Shown here one piece after another: positions 1 through 9,291 of a stretch of 64,000 bases of DNA. The number at the start of each line of letters is the position of its first letter. Positions within the stretch are counted from its first letter, which is position 1. The stretch spans positions 448 through 64,447 of the forward strand of contig CALLQB010000019.1 in NCBI GenBank assembly GCA_938015295.1, given 5' to 3'. The stretch comes from an uncultured Acidimicrobiales bacterium (GTDB taxonomy: Bacteria > Actinomycetota > Acidimicrobiia > Acidimicrobiales > SHLQ01). The position numbers were made by a program, and so were the translations under genes. A model generated the notes under the pieces. That model was not told the DNA's origin, did not search any database, and worked only from the letters and a program-made list of their open reading frames with translations.

Positions 1-360
1 TGGTAAACCAGCGATGGACTGCCTGTTGAAATCAGTTGGTTGTGATCCGCAAGCCGAAGCTTGTTGACCACAATCGAGTTTGCCTGAGCCAGAAGATTCT
101 GACTTCATTATTGTTTGTTTTGGGATTGCCTACGACCCGTTGGAGGTCGCAGACACTCAAATTCATTTCATGAGGGTCATTCGTAGCAGGAACTCTCTCC
201 TACGACGAATGCCCGCACTGGCTTTCATTCGTCCTCTATTCCGTTTTCAAGGAGCTGGTGAAATGACCGAAGCCATTTCGAGCACATTGCCGTTGTTGCC
301 AACCGCTTGGTGCTGCTCTGTGCCCTCCAATCCGCTGTGCGGCTTGTTGGGCGAGTCGTC
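1..360 (-). other. Probable 5' leader (external transcribed spacer) of an rRNA operon; 16S would begin left of the window
   Basis: Lower GC than flanking genes, no credible ORF, several hairpins (e.g. CATTCGT...ACGAATG near 178-211), a boxA-like element and two tandem promoters pointing left. It lies downstream of tyrS, a common rrn location in Actinobacteria. No mature rRNA sequence is visible. Confidence 0.75.
237..255 (-). promoter_or_regulatory. boxA-like rrn antitermination/processing element (GCTCCTTGAAAACGGAATA)
   Basis: Resembles TGCTCTTTAACA / actinobacterial GTTCTTTGAGAAC boxA and sits about 100 nt downstream of the promoter. Confidence 0.6.
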
Positions 361-388
361 AATGTATCAGCAATACATCCGACGTCAA
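361..388 (-). promoter_or_regulatory. Housekeeping-sigma promoter P2 (TTGACG-N16-TACATT)
   Basis: Near-consensus hexamers with the 16-nt spacer typical of rrn promoters, followed by a GC-rich discriminator (GACGACTCGCCC). Confidence 0.7.
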
Positions 389-419
389 GCACTGGAAGGT
401 CAAAAAAGACCGAAGTCAC

Positions 420-448
420 ACTTTACCCGGCTCGAAACTTGACCGCAA
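420..448 (-). promoter_or_regulatory. Upstream tandem promoter P1 (TTGCGG-N17-TAAAGT)
   Basis: Consensus-like hexamers at 17-nt spacing; tandem promoters are typical of rrn operons. Confidence 0.55.
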
Positions 449-500
449 CAGAGATTTCACACCCACATGGTAGAGGGCCCGGTGGCGACCTACCGTCGGG

Positions 501-2783
501 TTAGCCAACGTGCGAATGGGCAAGAAAAGCCTGCTCACCCGGCGTATCGAAGGTGGACCAGATGCCTTGCGAGCAGTTGTCGTCAGGCCGGAAAAGCCCA
601 GCACGGTTGTCGCACCAAGAATATCGGCGGGCATCACCAAATATTTGCCCGACGACTCCCGAACGGACCGCCGCCGCCACATCATCGGCCACCGCTTGGG
701 GGCCGACCGGGTTGCTGGGGTTGTGCAAACAGCCCCTCCAAGGCGGGGCGAGACGGTAATACCGAGACTCGGCCAGGATCACCGGTTTCGCCGACGCCGC
801 GACGACCGCCGACAGCTTTGCCTCCATGGTTGAGGCCGATTGACAATGCCCGGTCTGCACCGCCTGCACGTCGAGCCACGGTTCGTTGTTGAAAGCGAGG
901 TAATTCTCGCTGCCAGCGCCAGTGTGGAAAGCGATTGGCTGGCTCGCTCCCCCATCGCGCAACCCACGGGCCAACTCGCGGCTCGTTGCAAGTAGGCGCG
1001 AACCACACTCGGCTTCAGAGACATCGCCGCCAAGCACCCAATAGTCAAGCGCTGGCGCCGAAGCCCACCTCGTCGCAAGCGCCGCAGCGAACCCAGCCCC
1101 GTTCTGGTCGGTGACATTCGGGTTGTTGCAGGTGTTCGCTCGCGCCCACGCCACCACGACGGCCACTCGCAGGTTTCGCCAATCGGCTTGCTCGAGGATC
1201 CAACTCACCCGCTGCGCGTAGTCGTCAGACAGTTCGACAGTGCCGTTGCGCAGATACGCCACCTGATCGCTGCGTCCAGGCGGCACCGTTGCGTACGCAG
1301 CGCCGAAGGGCAGCAGGCTTATCCAAGTGCCGTCGAACCCAGCGGCGTCAAGGTGGTCGAGGTAGGCGAGGATCTCGTCGTTGGATGCCTTGTAGGGCAT
1401 CTCCCAGGCCGTGTCGTACTTCAACCCCCGTGGCGCCGCCGCGGCAGCGGGCCGTGGCGCAACCGGTGTCGTTTCGACCTCGGACGCACGTTCCGGAGCA
1501 GGAGGAGCAACGCTCGCGACACTTGCTGCACTCGCGGGCGTCGAAGGCCCCGTCGCCGACTGGCCGGTTACCTCGCATCGGGCCGCTGTGGTGTCGGTGC
1601 CGCCGAAAGGGCACAGCCCACGAAGATCCTTCGCCTCAACAGCGACCCAAGGGTCATAAGGGCCGAAATGAGGTTCGAGACGCCGCAGCGCCATCGCCGA
1701 GTCACCAGCACCAAGGATTCCCTGTGCGCAGCGTGCGCCGGCCACGTTCGAGCAACCCGAGACCCACGTGTCGAGTACGCCTCGATGCCAGGCTCCCAGC
1801 CAGCTCGCATGCATCGTCGTGCCACCCTGGACTTCTTGGCCACCGGCAGTCGAAACATCCGTTGACAGGTACCACGCCGAAGTATCGGCACCTTTTGGCA
1901 CGTCGAAAAACACGTTGTACTCGATCGAAGGCAACAACACCGGGTGCGTAGATGGGCACGCCGAGGCGTGAAAGCTCTCGAGCGGAAACGTCATATGGTG
2001 CTGATCGGGCGACGTGAGCGACACGCCGTCCCAACACGAGGGGAACCGCACCTGCACTTTCACGCTGCTAGAGCCGCCAAGCTCACCCGGGTCGCAGTAG
2101 GGAAAGGTTGCCGCTTGCGAAACGCTCAGGTCGTTATCTCCCCGTTCGCCGACATCGCAGCTCATTTCGATCTGTCGCAACGGCGATGACGCGTCTTGTG
2201 GTGCACCCGCCCACCGATTGCCGCTTGTTATCTCGAGGCCCGGCGGGAAGGGCTGTACCTGGGCGTCAACCGAGCCGTTGGTGCCGCCGAAGGTGTTGTA
2301 GTGGACGATGAAGTACGACGGCACGACTGCCCGCTGCCTGTCGTCAAAGACTGCCGGCATGGCATACACCGACCGGTCGAGCGGCCCGCCGCTGCAGGTC
2401 GATCCGCCACTATCGATTGCTGACCAGTATTTGGTTGCCGCATCAGCACCGGTGTTACCAAAGAACATCTGCAGCGGCGCACGCCCGGGCTGGTCGGGAA
2501 GCGCAAACGGATCGTCGTACGCGAAGTGGCTAAATCCGCACTCAACGCGAAAGAAGCGGTCGCCGCCGGGCAGGGCAATGCGGTCGTGACTCGACGCGTC
2601 GCCGAGGAAGGCAGCCACGTCGAGGTCGGCCGACGACGTTCGCTCGTCGTTCACCGAGAGTTGGGGGGTCCCACGAAACGTCGCAGAAGTATCGGCCGCC
2701 GATGCACGAACACCAAGTGTCAATGCAACAACAGCAAACAGCGCTGCGATGAACATGGGGGGAATGGCAAGCCATCTGTTCAT
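501..2783 (-). CDS. Secreted protein: N-terminal DUF1996 domain, Pro/Ala linker, C-terminal DUF4038/apiosidase (GH140)-like TIM barrel
   Basis: Signal peptide ending ASA-A; DUF1996-like motifs DDP..PG..FFGN, FPSCWDG, CPSTHPV; C-terminal motifs DTAW..Y..GF, WVLGGD, QTGH, KPVILAE. ATG at 2783 lies 6 nt after TAGTGT. Confidence 0.75.
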   Translation of the reverse strand: MNRWLAIPPMFIAALFAVVALTLGVRASAADTSATFRGTPQLSVNDERTSSADLDVAAFLGDASSHDRIALPGGDRFFRVECGFSHFAYDDPFALPDQPGRAPLQMFFGNTGADAATKYWSAIDSGGSTCSGGPLDRSVYAMPAVFDDRQRAVVPSYFIVHYNTFGGTNGSVDAQVQPFPPGLEITSGNRWAGAPQDASSPLRQIEMSCDVGERGDNDLSVSQAATFPYCDPGELGGSSSVKVQVRFPSCWDGVSLTSPDQHHMTFPLESFHASACPSTHPVLLPSIEYNVFFDVPKGADTSAWYLSTDVSTAGGQEVQGGTTMHASWLGAWHRGVLDTWVSGCSNVAGARCAQGILGAGDSAMALRRLEPHFGPYDPWVAVEAKDLRGLCPFGGTDTTAARCEVTGQSATGPSTPASAASVASVAPPAPERASEVETTPVAPRPAAAAAPRGLKYDTAWEMPYKASNDEILAYLDHLDAAGFDGTWISLLPFGAAYATVPPGRSDQVAYLRNGTVELSDDYAQRVSWILEQADWRNLRVAVVVAWARANTCNNPNVTDQNGAGFAAALATRWASAPALDYWVLGGDVSEAECGSRLLATSRELARGLRDGGASQPIAFHTGAGSENYLAFNNEPWLDVQAVQTGHCQSASTMEAKLSAVVAASAKPVILAESRYYRLAPPWRGCLHNPSNPVGPQAVADDVAAAVRSGVVGQIFGDARRYSWCDNRAGLFRPDDNCSQGIWSTFDTPGEQAFLAHSHVG

Positions 2784-2847
2784 CACAAAACACTACGAGA
2801 AAACGCATTTCACTGCCCAACAGTGCCTTTAAAGCATTTTCAACCCA

Positions 2848-4200
2848 CTACGCAGACAGCACCACCAGATGGCGGTTCTTCTTTCCCTTTTGCAGGAGCA
2901 GGTAGGTGCCGTCGACGAGGTCGCTGGCCGAAAGTGCTGCCGAGGCAACCTTCACGCCGTTCACCGCGAAACCGTTTTGCTTCAACGTCTTTCGGGCATC
3001 GCCGTTGCTCGACGCAAGCCCAGTGGCAACCGCCAGCGAGATCAGCGCCTCATCGCCGAGTAACTCGGCCGACATCACCGTTTCGGGCACAACCCCACGG
3101 AGTGCCTCAAGCATCGCCGCGGTGAGCTCGCTCCCGCCGAACAACGCCTGTGCGGCCAGGGTTGCGCGCTTGGCATGTTCTTCGCCGTGCACCATTGTGA
3201 CGACCTCGTCGGCCAACCGCCGTTGAGCTGCCCGCTCGGACGGCTCCTTTGCATGCTCCGCCATGACCTCGAGAATCTCGGCCACCGGCACCAAGGTCAA
3301 CTGCTTCAGCAACTTCTCGACGTCGTCGTCGGCAGTATTGAGCAGGTACTGGTGCATCTCGTAGGGCAGCGTCTTGGCAGCATCAAGCCAAATCGCGCCG
3401 CCGACACTCTTGCCGAACTTCGACCCATCGGCTTGGGTCAACAGCGGCACCGTTAACGCATGTGCGTGGGCACCCTCCACACGGCGGATGAGATCAGTAC
3501 CAGCGGTAATGTTGCCCCACTGGTCGCTGCCGCCCACCTGCAACATGCAGCCATAGAGGCGATGCAGCTGCAAGAAGTCGTTGGCCTGCAACAACATGTA
3601 GCTAAATTCGGTGAAGGAAATGCCATGTTCGCTTTCGACCCTGGCCTTGATCGATTCCTTCGCCAGCATGGTGTTGACCGTGACGTGTTTGCCCACGTCT
3701 CGGAGAAAGTCAAGGACACCGACACCGACGGTCCATTCTCGGTTATCGACCAAGATCGCCGGCTCGATCCCGTCGCCACCAACGAAGTCCAGCAGCGACT
3801 GCAACTGCACCTTCACTGCCGCAAGGTTGCGATCGAGCGTCTCGGCATCGAGCAGGTTTCTTTCAGTGCTCCGGCCGCCCGGGTCGCCCACCATTCCGGT
3901 CGCTCCTCCAGCCAACGCGATCGGCCGATGGCCGAACAGCTGAAAGCGCCGGAGTAACAGCAAAGGGAAGAGGTTTCCGAGATGCAGACTGTCGGCGGTG
4001 GGGTCGAAGCCGCAATACAACCGAACCGGACCTTCACTGAGTAACGCAGCGAGGAGTTCGCGGTCGGTGGTGTCGTGCACCAAACCTCGGGCAGCAAGAT
4101 CATTGAGAATCTCGGCTCCAGCACCGAGGGGGGTGCCGTGGATAGAAGCCGCATCGCTCCTAGGCTGCCTACTTACATCTTGAGCATTCTTCGCAGTCAT
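2848..4200 (-). CDS. tyrS: Tyrosine--tRNA ligase
   Basis: YCGFDPTADSLHLGN, GGSDQWGNI, KFGKS and a C-terminal S4 domain; start placed at the ATG at 4200. Confidence 0.97.
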   Translation of the reverse strand: MTAKNAQDVSRQPRSDAASIHGTPLGAGAEILNDLAARGLVHDTTDRELLAALLSEGPVRLYCGFDPTADSLHLGNLFPLLLLRRFQLFGHRPIALAGGATGMVGDPGGRSTERNLLDAETLDRNLAAVKVQLQSLLDFVGGDGIEPAILVDNREWTVGVGVLDFLRDVGKHVTVNTMLAKESIKARVESEHGISFTEFSYMLLQANDFLQLHRLYGCMLQVGGSDQWGNITAGTDLIRRVEGAHAHALTVPLLTQADGSKFGKSVGGAIWLDAAKTLPYEMHQYLLNTADDDVEKLLKQLTLVPVAEILEVMAEHAKEPSERAAQRRLADEVVTMVHGEEHAKRATLAAQALFGGSELTAAMLEALRGVVPETVMSAELLGDEALISLAVATGLASSNGDARKTLKQNGFAVNGVKVASAALSASDLVDGTYLLLQKGKKNRHLVVLSA

Positions 4201-4394
4201 TGTTTCGATTCTGGCTTGCCGATGCGCCAAACGTGCGCAATTTCCTGTACTTCTTCACTTTCTGAACCGCGATTGAACCAAACCCGAGCAGCAATCGTCT
4301 GATCTGTTGCCTTGTGCCCACCTCTCAACTTGGTGAGGTGAGCACTACCCCCGCCTTCTACCCCGCTGTGACTCTCATGCCTTTACGTAGGAAC

Positions 4395-6785
4395 ATGAAG
4401 CTCGTGAACCGCCGCCTTGTTACCGCCGTTCTCACACTCATGCTCGTCGCTGCCAGCTGCTCGTGGGAAACCAAATCGCTGGTGCCCCCGATTCCGACGC
4501 TGAGTGAACCTTCGAGCATCTACGCCGGCGACGGATCGCTGCTGCTCACGCTTCCCGTTGCCGAGCAACGTGACGTCCTTGAATCGATCGACCAGATTCC
4601 CGAGCACGTCACCAACGCTGTGGTGGCAATCGAAGACGAGCGCTTCTACAAACACAACGGTTGGGATGCCAAAGGCATCATCCGCGCGGCCCGCACAAAT
4701 GTTTCGGCAGGCGGCGTCTCGCAGGGCGGCTCAACCATCACCCAGCAGTATGTCGAGAACACCTTCTGGTCCGAGATGGAGAACTGCTCCGATGACGAAG
4801 GCAACAAAGACTCCGGCGGCGCCAAGTGCAAGATCGAAGAAATCAACATGGCGCGCCTACTCGAAGAGAGCTACAGCAAGGACTTCATCTTGCTGGGCTA
4901 CCTCAACACGATCTTCTTTGGTGCCAACGCCTTCGGAATTCAGTCGGCGGCCGAGATCTATTTCGACAAAGACATTAGCCGGGTAACCATTGCCGAGGGC
5001 GCGCTGCTCGCCGGACTCATCCAAAGCCCCAGTCGACTCAATCCGTTCAACAACCGCGAAGGCTCGATCGAACGTCGCGAGCTCGTGCTCGACCGCATGT
5101 TGGCCAACGACTTCATCACTGAAGACGAGTTCGAGCAGGCGTTTTCCGAACCGCTGGTACTCAACTCGGGTCGTATTCAGCTAGCCGACGTCGAGTACCG
5201 AGCCGCCCACTTTGTTGAAGAGGTAAAGACCTGGTTCCTCGAAGCAACCGACGAGCAGATAACCAGCCGCTACCCGACCCAAGCCGACCGTCTGCGTGCA
5301 CTCGAAGGCGACAAGCTACGCATCGAGACCACCGTCGACCCAACGCTGCAGGAACGAGCCGAGGCGACCGTCAATGCAATCCTGCCCGCCCGGCCGGGCG
5401 AAGTCGACAACCCCAGCGCCGCCGCGGTGATCATGGATCCGCTAAATGGCGAAGTTGTGGCGATGGTCGGCGGACGAGACTTCTTCGACGATGAAAGTGA
5501 GTTTGCCCAGGTCAACCTGGCCAGCGGCAAAGGACGGCAAGCCGGGTCTTCAATGAAACCCATTGCGTTGGCCGCTGCGATCGATCGCGCCGGAATCGCC
5601 GCGACGTCGGTCTATGACGCTCCACGCGAGATCACCATTAAGACCGATAGCGGCCCCTGGAAAGTCAAAGGCGGGGCCAGCGGCGGCAAATCCGACCTCA
5701 TCCGGGCCACCCAATGGTCAACCAACACCGTGTATGCCCAGCTCGTGGTGCAAATCGGCGCCCAACTCTTCGTCGACGTCGCCCATGACCTTGGCATTGC
5801 CAGCGACATTGCCGCAGTACCAGCCGCCGCTCTCGGCACCGAAGACGTGACCGTGCTCGAACTCACCAATGTGTACGCAACGCTCGCCAACCAGGGCATC
5901 AAGAACGACCCGGTGTTTGTGCGGCGAATTCTCGACAAGGACGGCCAGGTCATCTACGAACACCGGCCGACGCCAACGCTGGCAATCCAACCTTCAACAG
6001 CAAATCAGATCAGCTGGATCATGGAAAAGGTCATCGCCAGCGGCACCGGCACCGATGCTCAAATCGGCCGGCCGGCAGCAGGCAAGACCGGCACCGCTCA
6101 GAACTTCGCCGATGCCACATTCGCCGGGTACACACCGCAATATGCGGCCGCTGTATGGGTCGGCTATCCCGAGGGCCAGATACCCATGACCCGGGCAAAC
6201 GGCACGACAGACATTGATGTGTACGGCGGAACCTACCCAGCGCGAATTTGGAAAGAGCTCATGGTGATCGCCCACGAAGGGCTCGACGTGGTTAGCTTCC
6301 CCTCACCCCCGGCGAGTTCGACAACGCGGCCCCCAACCACTCCGCTCAGCCAGGCGCCGCTCACTGCGGTTCCCGATGTGCTCGGCCGCAAGATGAGCCC
6401 GGCACGCAACGTGCTCACCGATGCAGGATTCGTTGTCAACATCGTCGAACGCGCTGAGGGCAGCGTGCGCCCCAACCAGGTTCTCGATCAATCACCGGCT
6501 GGCAACACCGAAGCACCCATCGGCAGCACGGTGACCATCGTTGTCTCGGTTGACCCTTCAAGCGTGCTTCTCGACATTCCAAACGTGGTCGGCAGCAAAC
6601 TCGCTGTCGCTCAATCCACGCTGCAAGCTGCCGGGTTTATCCCAGTTGTCAACGCTGTCGCAGAAAACTCCGATGGCAGTATCGCTCCCGGACGCGGCAA
6701 AGTGGTGTGGAAACAGTCCCCTGGCGGCGGCCAAGCCAACCCTGGCGCAAGCGTCGAAATCTGGGTCAACCCAGCAAGAAATTAG
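4395..6785 (+). CDS. Class A penicillin-binding protein (transglycosylase/transpeptidase) with two PASTA domains
   Basis: EDERFYKHNG, GGSTITQQ, SxxK (SSMK), SxN (STN), KTGT; C-terminal VPDVLG/IPNVVG PASTA repeats; AGGA before ATG at 4395. Confidence 0.93.
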   Translation: MKLVNRRLVTAVLTLMLVAASCSWETKSLVPPIPTLSEPSSIYAGDGSLLLTLPVAEQRDVLESIDQIPEHVTNAVVAIEDERFYKHNGWDAKGIIRAARTNVSAGGVSQGGSTITQQYVENTFWSEMENCSDDEGNKDSGGAKCKIEEINMARLLEESYSKDFILLGYLNTIFFGANAFGIQSAAEIYFDKDISRVTIAEGALLAGLIQSPSRLNPFNNREGSIERRELVLDRMLANDFITEDEFEQAFSEPLVLNSGRIQLADVEYRAAHFVEEVKTWFLEATDEQITSRYPTQADRLRALEGDKLRIETTVDPTLQERAEATVNAILPARPGEVDNPSAAAVIMDPLNGEVVAMVGGRDFFDDESEFAQVNLASGKGRQAGSSMKPIALAAAIDRAGIAATSVYDAPREITIKTDSGPWKVKGGASGGKSDLIRATQWSTNTVYAQLVVQIGAQLFVDVAHDLGIASDIAAVPAAALGTEDVTVLELTNVYATLANQGIKNDPVFVRRILDKDGQVIYEHRPTPTLAIQPSTANQISWIMEKVIASGTGTDAQIGRPAAGKTGTAQNFADATFAGYTPQYAAAVWVGYPEGQIPMTRANGTTDIDVYGGTYPARIWKELMVIAHEGLDVVSFPSPPASSTTRPPTTPLSQAPLTAVPDVLGRKMSPARNVLTDAGFVVNIVERAEGSVRPNQVLDQSPAGNTEAPIGSTVTIVVSVDPSSVLLDIPNVVGSKLAVAQSTLQAAGFIPVVNAVAENSDGSIAPGRGKVVWKQSPGGGQANPGASVEIWVNPARN

Positions 6786-6787
6786 CA

Positions 6788-8038
6788 GTGGTGAACCACA
6801 TAACTGACCTCTCTAGTCTTCCCGCACCCCACGAAAAACGACTCGCTCTGCGAGTTACCAAAGATGCCCTTCGCCAGATCCGGGGAGGGCATCCCTGGGT
6901 TTTTGGCAACTCGATTCTGAAGGGCGACGACGGACAACCCGGCGATCTTGCGGTCATTTTTGATGACAACCGCAAGTTTGCGGCCATTGGGCTCTACGAC
7001 CCGGCGTCGCCAATGGCGGTCAAGCTTTTACACGTAGGCAAGCCGCTGAGCATCGACGCCGACTTCTTCGTCGACCGCGTCGCCGCGGCAATTGACGTGC
7101 GAGCGCCACTCATGGACGGCACCGAGACCACAGGCCACCGCCTGATCCACGGCGAGAACGATGGGCTGCCCGGGTTCGTCGTCGATCGATACGACACCAC
7201 TCTTGTCATCAAGTTGTATTCCGCTGCATGGTTTCCGCATCTCATGTCGCTCATCGATGCACTGCAAGAACTCGGAGCAACCCCCGACGCAGCCGTCGAA
7301 CGAATCGTGCTGCGCCTGAGTCGAAATGTGGCCCGCGGGAACTGCTTCGGCCTGAACGACGGTCAGACAATTTTTGGTTCGCCGCCCGACACCGACATCG
7401 AATTTGTCGAAAATGGTCTTCGTTTCGGAGCCGACGTTGTCGCCGGGCAAAAAACCGGCCACTTCTTCGATCAACGAGACAACCGCCTTGCCGTGCAACA
7501 CGAAACAAAAGGCGACGTGCTCGATGTGTTTTCGAGCACAGGCGGGTTTTCGGTCTACGCAGCAGCCGGTGGGGCTGCCACGGTAACCAGCGTCGACATC
7601 AACCAGCCATCGCTCGACGCCGCCGAGGCAAACATGTCCCGCAACGGCCTGCAAGAGATGGTTCGCCACACCACGATCTGTGGCGACGCCTTCAGCGTGT
7701 TGTCAGATTTCGCCAGCGATGGCCGGAAATTCGACGTCGTAGTCATCGACCCGCCATCGTTCGCCCAAAAGAACTCCGACATCGATGCGGCGTTGCATGC
7801 GTACCGGCGACTCACCACTCGAGGTCTCGCTCTCGTGCGCAACGGCGGCCTGTTTGTGCAGGCATCGTGCTCAAGTCGGGTTAGCACCGACGAATTTTAC
7901 GGCGCTATTCACGACGCCGCCGACCAGGCCGGCGTGCAGCTTCTCGACCAGCGTCGCGCTGGCCATGCGCTCGATCATCCGATCGGATTCGTCTACGGCG
8001 GCTACCTCAAAGCGTTGTTCGCCCGCGTGCAACGCTGA
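6788..8038 (+). CDS. RlmI/RlmK-family SAM-dependent rRNA methyltransferase
   Basis: PUA-like GHPWVF, HGENDGLPG, GQKTGHFFDQR, DPPSF, ASCS; GTG start just after the pbp stop. Confidence 0.9.
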   Translation: MVNHITDLSSLPAPHEKRLALRVTKDALRQIRGGHPWVFGNSILKGDDGQPGDLAVIFDDNRKFAAIGLYDPASPMAVKLLHVGKPLSIDADFFVDRVAAAIDVRAPLMDGTETTGHRLIHGENDGLPGFVVDRYDTTLVIKLYSAAWFPHLMSLIDALQELGATPDAAVERIVLRLSRNVARGNCFGLNDGQTIFGSPPDTDIEFVENGLRFGADVVAGQKTGHFFDQRDNRLAVQHETKGDVLDVFSSTGGFSVYAAAGGAATVTSVDINQPSLDAAEANMSRNGLQEMVRHTTICGDAFSVLSDFASDGRKFDVVVIDPPSFAQKNSDIDAALHAYRRLTTRGLALVRNGGLFVQASCSSRVSTDEFYGAIHDAADQAGVQLLDQRRAGHALDHPIGFVYGGYLKALFARVQR

Positions 8039-8079
8039 CCGACATGTCGAACACCCCCTAAACGCGACACACTGACATC

Positions 8080-8622
8080 GTGCAGAATCAAACAGCCGAT
8101 ACCGAGATGCCCGACGGCCAGCGATGGACGATCGGCCGCGTCACCATTGCGCTCATCATCGTATCGATCATCGTTTTTTGGGCATGGGCGTTGGGGCCCT
8201 TTGGTCCTCGCGGCAACCCCGACTCACTTGAAGACACCACCTACGGCCCAACCGCCGAGGTGCACTGCCGGGCAGCCTTAGCCGAGATCAACGCCCTGCC
8301 GCTGGCCTCAACCGCAACGTCACCCGCCGATCGAGCCGACGTGCTCGTTGAAGCAAACGCGATTCTCGACCGCCTAGTCGACAGTCTTGAGGCTTCGGTC
8401 GAGCCCAACCCCAGCAGTCACGACAAGGTGATCCTCGACAAATGGCTCAGCGACTGGAACATCTACGTCGCTGACCGCTACGACCACGTCGACCGGCTCC
8501 GCACCGAAGGCGATGTGCCCTTCCAGGTCAGTCGAGTCGAAAGCAACTCGGTCACCGGTCGCATCGATGCCTTCGCCCGGGTTAACAACATGGACACCTG
8601 CACCGTCCCCCTCGACCTGTAA
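8080..8622 (+). CDS. Hypothetical membrane-anchored protein with two Cys (possible disulfide)
   Basis: Single N-terminal TM helix, helical soluble domain, coding-like codon usage. Confidence 0.75.
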   Translation: MQNQTADTEMPDGQRWTIGRVTIALIIVSIIVFWAWALGPFGPRGNPDSLEDTTYGPTAEVHCRAALAEINALPLASTATSPADRADVLVEANAILDRLVDSLEASVEPNPSSHDKVILDKWLSDWNIYVADRYDHVDRLRTEGDVPFQVSRVESNSVTGRIDAFARVNNMDTCTVPLDL

Positions 8623-8631
8623 AGAGTAAAT

Positions 8632-8678
8632 AGGGGTCAGGCACTTTAGGTGCCTGACCCCAAAAGTGCCTGACCCCT
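8632..8678. repeat. Inverted repeat with a duplicated right arm (REP-like / bidirectional terminator)
   Basis: AGGGGTCAGGCACTTT (8632-8647) pairs with GTGCCTGACCCC (8650-8661) or AAAGTGCCTGACCCCT (8663-8678); located between convergent genes. Confidence 0.85.
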
Positions 8679-8682
8679 TTGG

Positions 8683-9291
8683 TTATCGCTTTTGTAGGGC
8701 TTGTGCGGCGGCTAAGCCGGCGGCGGCCATTCTTCTGGTGCCGTCGTCGACATCGATGTGCTCGAGTTCTTCGGCGGTGACCCACTTGGCGCCTTGGGAT
8801 TCGTGGTTCGTGGCAAGGGTGGCACCTTCGGGCGCCACCACAAGGAAGCGCAGGTCGTGGTGGTCGTGGGCGTCTTCCTTAGGCGGGTCGACACGGTGAA
8901 TGTCGTGATCGATCGGTGGCACAACAACCCGAAGGCCTTCGATTCCTGTTTCTTCGGTGGCCTCCTTCAAGGCCACCCCAGCAAGGTTGGCGTCGCCATC
9001 GGCATGTCCGCCCGGCTGCAGCCACCTTTGCAGCTTGGTATGAAAAAGCAGCAGCAACCGCTCGCCGGTAGCGTCGACCACAAACGCCGAACCTGTGAGG
9101 TGACCTGGCCGACAGGTGCGCACCAAGGCGTCGCTGTGGTCGGCGAGCAGACCAAGGGTCCGGTCGCGGGCGCCTTCTAAGCCACCAGCGGCCCAACCGA
9201 CCTGCCCGCGGGCCAGATCGAGACTGTCGCTCGGGCTGAGTTCGCCGTCGGTAGCGAAACGGTACGTGGTGGGTGCGTCTGCGTGCGTCAC
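8683..9291 (-). CDS. Nudix hydrolase
   Basis: GHLTGSA and WLQPGGHADG...ALKEATEETGI Nudix box. Confidence 0.9.
   Translation of the reverse strand: MTHADAPTTYRFATDGELSPSDSLDLARGQVGWAAGGLEGARDRTLGLLADHSDALVRTCRPGHLTGSAFVVDATGERLLLLFHTKLQRWLQPGGHADGDANLAGVALKEATEETGIEGLRVVVPPIDHDIHRVDPPKEDAHDHHDLRFLVVAPEGATLATNHESQGAKWVTAEELEHIDVDDGTRRMAAAGLAAAQALQKR

Noticed and set aside
83-92. CTGGCTCAGG as the actual 16S rRNA 5' end
   Set aside because: Lacks the preceding AGAGTTTGATC and the following GAACGCTGGCGG
80-504. Short ORFs (120, 64 and 65 aa) at the left edge
   Set aside because: Atypical composition, and they overlap rrn-like promoters, boxA and hairpins; better explained as non-coding leader
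4201-4394. T-box riboswitch upstream of tyrS
   Set aside because: No T-box motif (GGTGGNACCGCG) or terminator; the region looks like a divergent promoter
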